This document shows, one piece after another, positions 57,979 through 64,000 of a stretch of 64,000 nt of DNA. Origin of the DNA: Planctomycetota bacterium (GTDB lineage Bacteria; Planctomycetota; Planctomycetia; Pirellulales; Thermoguttaceae); assembly GCA_030612765.1 (NCBI GenBank), contig JAUWNG010000001.1:11165-75164 (forward strand), written 5' to 3'. The position numbers and the translations under genes were made by a program. The stretch's first letter is position 1, and the number at the start of each line of letters is the position of its first letter. Under the pieces are notes generated by a model, which was not told the origin of the DNA, ran no database searches, and was given only the letters and a program-made list of their open reading frames with translations.

Positions 57979-59289
57979 ATGTTAAATAGACGTACGTTGC
58001 TTTTGATGTGTTGTCTAATCGGTTCCGTCGGTTGTACCGGTGCGGCCGACACCAACTGCCTGTTGAAAAAGGGTGCCACTGCTGGCTCGTCCAGCAGTGC
58101 GGGGGAAAACACCCGGGAAAACACTGCTGGACAAGCCAGCAGTGGCACCCGAAATTCCCAAAACCGACTTTTTCAACGGACTGCTAAGGCAAACGAGAAG
58201 GCCCGCGTTGCCGCCATCCGCGCCGGAAAAGTGGTTCAAGGTCTGCATCCCAAGTTCGCGGCCGCGGTCCGTCGGATCGACGAATTGGGAGGGAAAATCG
58301 CGTTCGACGCCGCCGGCAACTTCATCGGAGTCGATCTGGCCGGCAATCGGGGCTCCGCCGACGACGCCGACATTCCACACTTGCTCGCCTTGCCGCATCT
58401 GAAGAAACTCAAGCTCTCGGGCGGGGGAATAACCGACGAGGGCATCCGGCTCTTGAGCTCGATCGCCGGCCTGACGGAACTTTCTCTGCTGGACGTTCAA
58501 CTCGACGACGCCAGCCTGGAAAGACTCGCCGGGCTGCCAAACCTCGTTTCGCTGAGCATCCGGCGAAGCCCGCGGTTGACCGACAAGGGGCTGGAACACC
58601 TCAAGCGGCTGCCTAAGCTCACGAAGCTGGGCCTGCTCGAAGTCGGCGTCACGGATCGCGGACTGGAGCAGATTGCCGGAATTACGCGGTTGAAGTTGCT
58701 CGATCTCCGCGGCTGCGCTCAGGTGGGCAACCCCGGTCTGAAACGCCTCGCGCCGCTGAAGAACCTCAAAACCTTGCGGCTGGGCGGCTATCAGATAAAT
58801 GACGACAGCTTGGCGATCATCAAGAAACTTGCGTCTTTGACCAGCCTGACCATTGACGAAGCCGCCGTCACCGACGCGGGCCTGGCACACCTTGCCGGCC
58901 TGCCGCTTGAGGAGGTCGGCCTTTCCCGATGCTATAGCGTCACCGACGAGGGATTCCGGCGACTCGGCGGCCTCGTTGCTCTCCGACGGCTTACGCTGCG
59001 GGGCATCCCGCTGACGGGCGCCGGGCTTGCGCACCTGCCCGACACCAGTACGCTCGTCGTGTTGCGGCTCAACGAGACGGGCGTGGACGACGACGCCCTG
59101 CAACACCTTCGCCGATTGAAGAAGCTCACCCGTCTCGAACTACGGCAGACGCTCGTCACCGACGCCGCGGTCGATCACCTCAAGAGGCTCGGCTCCCTGC
59201 GGTTCCTCGATGTTCGTGAAACCAGGATTTCCGCAGCCGGGGCAAAGCGACTCGCCGAGGCCCTGCCAAAGTGCAAGGTCATGCACTAA
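57979..59289 (+). CDS. Leucine-rich-repeat (RNI-like) lipoprotein
   Basis: Signal/lipobox LLLMCCLIGSVGC. About 14 LRRs (LxxLxLxxxxITDxGLxxL). Element A8 is inserted right after the lipobox. Confidence 0.8.
   Translation: MLNRRTLLLMCCLIGSVGCTGAADTNCLLKKGATAGSSSSAGENTRENTAGQASSGTRNSQNRLFQRTAKANEKARVAAIRAGKVVQGLHPKFAAAVRRIDELGGKIAFDAAGNFIGVDLAGNRGSADDADIPHLLALPHLKKLKLSGGGITDEGIRLLSSIAGLTELSLLDVQLDDASLERLAGLPNLVSLSIRRSPRLTDKGLEHLKRLPKLTKLGLLEVGVTDRGLEQIAGITRLKLLDLRGCAQVGNPGLKRLAPLKNLKTLRLGGYQINDDSLAIIKKLASLTSLTIDEAAVTDAGLAHLAGLPLEEVGLSRCYSVTDEGFRRLGGLVALRRLTLRGIPLTGAGLAHLPDTSTLVVLRLNETGVDDDALQHLRRLKKLTRLELRQTLVTDAAVDHLKRLGSLRFLDVRETRISAAGAKRLAEALPKCKVMH
58056..58183. repeat. Family A copy A8 (full, in-frame in the LRR lipoprotein gene)
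   Basis: Translated as CLLKKGATAGSSSSAGENTRENTAGQASSGTRNSQNRLFQRTAK. The centre matches A1. Confidence 0.95.
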
Positions 59290-59382
59290 CCCGCATTCCT
59301 CTCCAATGTGCAGGATGGGTCTAGTACCCGGACAAGCTCAATATTGTGTATACAAAGGCAGAGAACATCTTTTCTCACCCTC

Positions 59383-60357
59383 TCATTTCCGTGGGAACCA
59401 TCCTCGCAGGAAATCGGCCTGCGTCCCCTCGTAGACCGCTTCGGCCAAGTGCTCAACGCCGGTCTGGTTTCCCCACGAGTAGAAGATCACCAATCGGCCC
59501 TGATGCTCGCAGAAGTCGATGTCGGAGTTGTTGATGTTTTTTGCCGTGGCGATCCGTTCGCGCTGCTGGGGCGTGAGGTTGGGATTGCGGATCAGCCGGT
59601 CGTCGTCCGAGGCGCAGAGTACGGGGTTGAGCGGGCTGGGCTCCCAGTGGATGAGATCCTTCGACCGCACCACGTACTGCTCGTACCGGCGGGCGGACCC
59701 GGGGCCGAACTGTTCCACGTAGAAGTCGTAGTAATATCCGTCAAGGTAGCGCAAACAGTGAGGGGCCGTGAACCGATCTTTCGCGTAGGCGCACTCGGGC
59801 GGGGTGACGGTCCATTGCTTCAAATCCTTCGAGGTCGCAAATCGCGCCGTGAACGCCACGCCGGCCTGCTTCCTCGGTTTGTCGATCTCGAACATCATGA
59901 CGAACCGGTTCCCGGCCTTGCAGATCGAGGTGTTGAAGATCGAGAAGCCCGGCAGGTCCAAGGCGGTCCATGTGTCCCAGTGTTCGAGGTCGCGCGAACT
60001 CCACATCTGGACTTTCTGGACTTGCCCGCCATGCCGCGTGCCGGTCACGTACATCGTGTCCCCCTCGACAAAAGCATTGCCAAAACACCAGCCCTTGGCG
60101 AATTGCGGCGTGGCGAGGCCGGTCCGACAATCCACGAAATGGAAGCAGCCCGCATTGCGGAACCATTCGAAGCGGTAGAACTTGCCGCGAAAGACCACGG
60201 CGGAGTTCTCCACCTTGTCGACGTCCACCGTGCCCAATTTCTGGATCAGCGGCCGGCCCTCGGCGTCAACCGGCGGGGCACCCGAAGCGATGCAGACCGC
60301 TGCAAAAACCGCCGTGACCCATAGCCCAAGGAAACCGCGCGCGGGGAACCGACTCAT
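59383..60357 (-). CDS. Secreted hypothetical protein, possibly a beta-propeller glycoside-hydrolase-like fold
   Basis: Clear signal peptide, coding-like composition, repeated W/Y-rich beta-strand pattern. The functional call is weak. Confidence 0.5.
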   Translation of the reverse strand: MSRFPARGFLGLWVTAVFAAVCIASGAPPVDAEGRPLIQKLGTVDVDKVENSAVVFRGKFYRFEWFRNAGCFHFVDCRTGLATPQFAKGWCFGNAFVEGDTMYVTGTRHGGQVQKVQMWSSRDLEHWDTWTALDLPGFSIFNTSICKAGNRFVMMFEIDKPRKQAGVAFTARFATSKDLKQWTVTPPECAYAKDRFTAPHCLRYLDGYYYDFYVEQFGPGSARRYEQYVVRSKDLIHWEPSPLNPVLCASDDDRLIRNPNLTPQQRERIATAKNINNSDIDFCEHQGRLVIFYSWGNQTGVEHLAEAVYEGTQADFLRGWFPRK

Positions 60358-60485
60358 GGTGTCCTTGCTCCTTCGCTTGTTGAGTTGCTCGATACTTATT
60401 TTATTGTATCAAATTGGTCACTGTTTTCCAGCCTGGTGCTGTGTCACGCTTAAAGATTTGGGTAAAGGGACTTCAGTTTGACTAA

Positions 60486-60516
60486 GGACCCGGGAAGAAA
60501 TAATTGTCGAATTTGG
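60486..60516 (+). repeat. Family I dispersed repeat
   Basis: GGACCCGGGAAGAAATAATTGTCGAATTTGG. Confidence 0.85.
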
Positions 60517-60596
60517 GTGGCACGTCCCTGAGCGTAGCGAAGGGCGTGGTACACAACCAAACCACGCCCTTCGCTACGCTCAGGGACGTGCCACCC
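60515..60596. repeat. Family H-related palindrome
   Basis: GGGTGGCACGTCCCTGAGCGTAGCGAAGGGCGTGGT...ACCACGCCCTTCGCTACGCTCAGGGACGTGCCACCC. Confidence 0.95.
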
Positions 60597-60615
60597 CAAC
60601 AATCTCGCTTGGGGA

Positions 60616-60673
60616 CTTTTTCAACGGGCTGGTAACCCATTGCCCCGGCACTGCTTGTTCCAAGCAGTGGCAC
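60616..60673. repeat. Family A copy A9 (degenerate fragment, intergenic)
   Basis: CTTTTTCAACGGGCTGG...GGCACTGCTTGTTCCAAGCAGTGGCAC. Confidence 0.7.
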
Positions 60674-60693
60674 ACCGTGGTGAGAAATGCGGG

Positions 60694-61986
60694 CTAGCGG
60701 ATGATCTGATCGACCATGAAGAGCGAGTTGTCGGCCATGTTCATCACCGGACGGTACGGATTGCATCGTTGGCTGAGTGCCGACCTGCCTGGATACCAGA
60801 CCAACTGGATCGTGAGTCCCCAGGACTCGTCGGCGTTGGCTACGCCTCCGGCCCGGCCTTCTCTGGGTATCTTGTAGTTGATGATATTTTGCAGGGCGAA
60901 CCCTCGCCCCAACGGCACCCAGAGGTCCGCGCCGACCAGGCCGTCGCCGCGCCCGGTGCCGCCTCCCCAAATCCGTCCATCTCCGCCGTTCTCGAAATTG
61001 CGGCGGAAATAGAACGCGAACATGTCGGTCGGATCCAACTCGATGTTTCTGAAGTTGCCGAAATTGTACGTATCCGTGCTAATCCCGAACGCGCCCAAAA
61101 AGCCGACCTCATGCACGTCGTCGATCACAAATCCGATATCGGTGCGGAGTTGATTCAGGTTGAACGTATCGTAGTATCGGTCATGCATGTAATCCCAGAC
61201 CACGCCCCACTGCAACCCGCGGCAAAGCTCGCGGCGGAAGATGCCCGCGGTGACGAAGTACTGCGACCTGTCGGTACCCGGCACGGCGGCCTGTAGTCCC
61301 GCAAAATTGCTTTGCACGAATCTGACGCCCATCTGGTATCCGCACCCCCAGGGATCGCCGAGCGGACCGGAAACGCCCAAGCCCTCGTTAATGCCATAGT
61401 TGCCGTTTGTACCCCAATCGACCGGTCCCTTGAATCCCTGTCCGCCGAAGAAGAGCGTCAGGTTGCGGATCCACCAGTTGCAACGTCCGTCGAAAACCTC
61501 GTAACCGAAATCGAAACATTCGCCGCACGTCGGTCCGCAGTCGCCACATCCGCCACAGTCCCCGCCCGCGAAGACGCCGTGCTCGGCGATCGGCTCGTAC
61601 TGCATTGCCCCGGGAGGAATCACTTCCGGTTTCTCGTTGCCGACCAATCTGGCCCGATGCCGGTTCGAGTACGCCGGATCTCGCGTCATCTGTGCCGTGT
61701 CGAAAGGTCCAATGTCGTATGACGAGCGCCGCGCGGATCGGTAGGAGCGATCGGCGGGACGCGAACCGGCCGATTGGCTGACTGCCGGTTTTTGTGCCGT
61801 CACGGGCCGTTTCAACACTCGTCGTTGCCAATTGAGCGATGTTGACGAGCCGTTATCAACCGTGACGGCCTTCGATGTCTCCGAGGCGGCTTTCCAGGTC
61901 TCCGCCCGAACGCTATGGCCGATGGCCAAAATAGCCAGTCCGAAAAGCAGAATTCCAGCAGACCGGATATTGGTCAGGCTCATCAT
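60694..61986 (-). CDS. Secreted protein with a CGGCGDCGPTCGEC cluster and a beta-barrel-like C-terminal 300 aa (putative outer-membrane protein)
   Basis: Signal peptide MMSLTNIRSAGILLFGLAILAIGHSVRA. Many alternating-hydrophobic strands (GYQMGVRFVQ, QYFVTAGIFR, LQWGVVWDYMH, WGLTIQLVWYP). Confidence 0.55.
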   Translation of the reverse strand: MMSLTNIRSAGILLFGLAILAIGHSVRAETWKAASETSKAVTVDNGSSTSLNWQRRVLKRPVTAQKPAVSQSAGSRPADRSYRSARRSSYDIGPFDTAQMTRDPAYSNRHRARLVGNEKPEVIPPGAMQYEPIAEHGVFAGGDCGGCGDCGPTCGECFDFGYEVFDGRCNWWIRNLTLFFGGQGFKGPVDWGTNGNYGINEGLGVSGPLGDPWGCGYQMGVRFVQSNFAGLQAAVPGTDRSQYFVTAGIFRRELCRGLQWGVVWDYMHDRYYDTFNLNQLRTDIGFVIDDVHEVGFLGAFGISTDTYNFGNFRNIELDPTDMFAFYFRRNFENGGDGRIWGGGTGRGDGLVGADLWVPLGRGFALQNIINYKIPREGRAGGVANADESWGLTIQLVWYPGRSALSQRCNPYRPVMNMADNSLFMVDQIIR

Positions 61987-62197
61987 CGCAGCCTCCTAAC
62001 AGGGGGGTATATCCACGGAGCTTCCACGGGTGAAGTGTGGATAAAAAAGACATCGGAATTTGCCGGAGCGGAACTTTCGTCAAAGCCAGAAAAATCGGCA
62101 GAGTCCCTCTCAGTTACCGTAGACTACCGGTGGCCACGCAGCTTTTCTAATTTTTCGCATCGGGAAGCAGCTTAGTTGCTGTTGCGGAAAAGCCCGT

Positions 62198-62278
62198 GTA
62201 GGGTGGGTCAAGCGAAGCGTAGCCCCCCCAACAGCGAAAAAATCATGGTGGGGCTGCGCTTCGCTTGACCCACCCTAC
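62198..62278. repeat. REP doublet C5 (variant sequence)
   Basis: GTAGGGTGGGTCAAGCGAAGCGTAGCCCCCCC ... GGTGGGGCTGCGCTTCGCTTGACCCACCCTAC. Confidence 0.9.
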
Positions 62279-62365
62279 ATAGTCGAATGTGGCCGGATTT
62301 GCCCACGGCGGAAGCCTGACGTAGGTTTCTTATGGCAGTTGCTTTTCGGCCCGATAGGAATACCC

Positions 62366-62659
62366 ATGTCAGTCGAGTTATCGAACCAATCCGCCGGAGA
62401 AGGCGGCGTCCAAGACGCGCTGGCGGAAATACGCGCGTCTCGCGCCGAGTTGCGGACGTTTCTCGAGGGCTTGTTCGACCGGCTGGATGGTTTGGCCGAC
62501 GGACTGTTGGTCCAAGAGGTTGCCAACCGGCAGACCCAACGAGATACGGATCGGGCGACGCTGGACGACCAAATCGAGCGCTTGGTCGCTGTGGCGGCCG
62601 AGTTGGCCGAATCGGTTGCCCAACAGAAGAAAATTACGGCCAAGATAAACAGTGTGTAG
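62366..62659 (+). CDS. Small coiled-coil protein
   Basis: 97 aa, heptad-like, acidic (ALAEIRASRAELRTFLEGLFDRLDGL...). Ends 11 nt before the next gene. Confidence 0.45.
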   Translation: MSVELSNQSAGEGGVQDALAEIRASRAELRTFLEGLFDRLDGLADGLLVQEVANRQTQRDTDRATLDDQIERLVAVAAELAESVAQQKKITAKINSV

Positions 62660-62670
62660 CGGGAGAAAGC

Positions 62671-63990
62671 GTGGATAAGCAACCGGTTGAACAAGCCGTA
62701 TTCACCTCGGTTAAGACCGACGGCCTGAGCGGATACCGGGTCGTGGCCAGCAGTGCCGGCGTCGGCGAGGCGGACGCCAGGGAGTTGGCCGCCTGGGGGC
62801 CGTCGCACGATTCGATGATCGACCCGGATCCCGAGGCCGAGAGCCTCAACTTTCATCCGCTGCCGAGCGGGACGTATTGCGTGTCTCGGTCCCTGACCGT
62901 GGGCGGGGCATATCGCGACGGCGGGCAACGCGTTTATTCACATTGCCTGATCGTGCCGCCGGAGACACTGGCCCGCTTCGGCAACAATCCGTTCTCGCTG
63001 ATCCGCGCGACGTCGAACCAAGGTCTCTGGAGGGTCGATGATCCGGTCGATCCGCTGTTGGATCCGCTCTGGTTGCCCGGCGGCGCGGCGCCGGTGGACG
63101 AGGCGTTGCTGACTCTTCTGGCTACCGACCCCGGCTCGGAGAACATGGCCGCGTTGGTGCAGGCGGCGCGCGACGCCGTGTGCCTGGCCGTCGGCGGCAC
63201 GCCTTCGCCCACGTCTTTAATCGCCGGGCTGTTCGGTTGTCTGCCGCCGGAGTGCCGGCTGGAGTTTTCGTTCTCGACGGGTCTGAAGTTCTCGCCGCGG
63301 CGGCCGTTCCGTGTGGTGGCCCTCTCCGGCGATCCGGCCGAGCGCTGTTGGGTGGCCGGTTATTCAAACGTCGCGGTGCTGGAGTTGCGAAGCGACACGA
63401 CGCCGCGATCGATGCCGCTCGACGGCTGGGGGCAACTCGTCCGGCGGGCGTTGGCGACCGGGCAAATCCCCTTTCTGGCCGCGCAGGTGTCCAAGCGGCG
63501 GTTCTATCTCTCGCTGAACGACCTTCCCGCGCTGGGACTGCAACTGCAGGAGGAGTTGGATGCCCTGGAGATGGGCGGTCGGCGGCCTGTCGGGTCGGCG
63601 GCGGCCCCGCCCACCGCACGCAGCGCCCATGCCGCCCATCGTCGGTTCTCGAAAGGCGACACGACGGCTTCGACGGCAACGGCCGCGTCGAACCGCTCTA
63701 CATGCTTGGAGCTCAATTCGCCGGAAGTGCTCGACAAGCTGGAGCACCTCGACGACCTGGTCTACGAGGCCATCAACGGACAGCCCGGCGCGATCGAACG
63801 GCTTCAAGCGGCTTGGCCCAAGCTGCTCGACGAGTTGGGCGAAGAGATGATGGCCGAGTCGCGGGAACAGTATTTGCGGTACGCCTTGTCGATTTGGGGT
63901 GACTGCGCCGACACCGACGGCATCCGGCAATCCGACCGGGCCATTCAAGCGCTGGACGTCCTCTGCCTGCTGTTCGGCGACACGGCTTAG
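62671..63990 (+). CDS. Hypothetical protein with a GAP1-N-like N-terminus (GTPase-associated protein 1-like; tentative)
   Basis: GTG 62671 preceded by GGGAGA. N-terminus VEQAVFTSVKTDGLSGYRVVASSAGV resembles the (Y/F)TS..x..GLSGY...A.S.G motif I recall for GAP1-N domains. The rest is helical. 439 aa. Confidence 0.5.
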   Translation: MDKQPVEQAVFTSVKTDGLSGYRVVASSAGVGEADARELAAWGPSHDSMIDPDPEAESLNFHPLPSGTYCVSRSLTVGGAYRDGGQRVYSHCLIVPPETLARFGNNPFSLIRATSNQGLWRVDDPVDPLLDPLWLPGGAAPVDEALLTLLATDPGSENMAALVQAARDAVCLAVGGTPSPTSLIAGLFGCLPPECRLEFSFSTGLKFSPRRPFRVVALSGDPAERCWVAGYSNVAVLELRSDTTPRSMPLDGWGQLVRRALATGQIPFLAAQVSKRRFYLSLNDLPALGLQLQEELDALEMGGRRPVGSAAAPPTARSAHAAHRRFSKGDTTASTATAASNRSTCLELNSPEVLDKLEHLDDLVYEAINGQPGAIERLQAAWPKLLDELGEEMMAESREQYLRYALSIWGDCADTDGIRQSDRAIQALDVLCLLFGDTA

Positions 63991-64000
63991 CCGGCATTTT

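Noticed and set aside
62332-62670. N-terminal 113 codons of the 552-aa ORF 62332..63990
   Set aside because: This part overlaps the better-supported coiled-coil ORF (62366..62659) in another frame and is Arg-rich shadow sequence. A GTG at 62671 with a GGGAGA SD gives a cleaner start for the downstream protein.

Overview
High-GC, gene-dense chromosomal segment. Its gene content looks Planctomycetota-like: a Tad/Flp pilus locus, a giant exoprotein with an N-terminal LEDRRLLS-type motif, a Tat-signal Gfo/Idh/MocA oxidoreductase, an LRR lipoprotein and xylose isomerase. The taxon is an inference from memory, not a search result. About 51 CDS are supportable. Housekeeping genes are MoxR ATPase, nadC, comEA, uvrB, clpC, a thiE fusion, xylA, fabZ/fabI and a UvrD/PcrA helicase. 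There is a complete tad locus (flp, cpaA, tadE, cpaB, cpaC, cpaE, cpaF, tadB, tadC) and a GtrB/YfhO-type glycosylation module. There are three toxin-antitoxin pairs (MqsRA-like, VapBC, HEPN/MNT) and signalling genes (a sigma-54 response regulator and an Hpt plus HD-GYP response regulator). Secreted proteins include a PKD/TPR protein, GH127, a Spy-like protein, a 1341-aa CAP/Calx-beta/Ig/HEXXH protein, an HtrA-like protease, an LRR protein and a beta-barrel-like protein. No rRNA, tRNA or CRISPR array was seen. The most unusual property is a very dense and diverse population of short palindromic repeat elements: at least nine sequence families and more than 45 copies in 64 kb. Two families sit in-frame inside intact protein-coding genes, in the manner of Rickettsia palindromic elements. 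One family is in six genes and is always read in the same frame. The other has 3.5 copies inside the helicase gene. A third family consists of classical GTAG-headed REPs arranged around a REP-associated tyrosine transposase (RAYT), with a GIY-YIG nuclease gene trapped between an inverted REP pair. Other elements, with TTTAGC...GCTAAA termini, fill nearly every intergenic gap of the tad operon and bracket a GH127 gene that splits cpaE from cpaF. Further candidates are a c-di-GMP-I (GEMM-I) riboswitch-like sequence in the flp leader, heptamer arrays that fill the fabZ-fabI gap and flank the giant exoprotein gene, and a terminal two-gene locus whose second protein begins with a GAP1-N-like motif. 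All homology calls come from motif recognition by eye. No database search was run.
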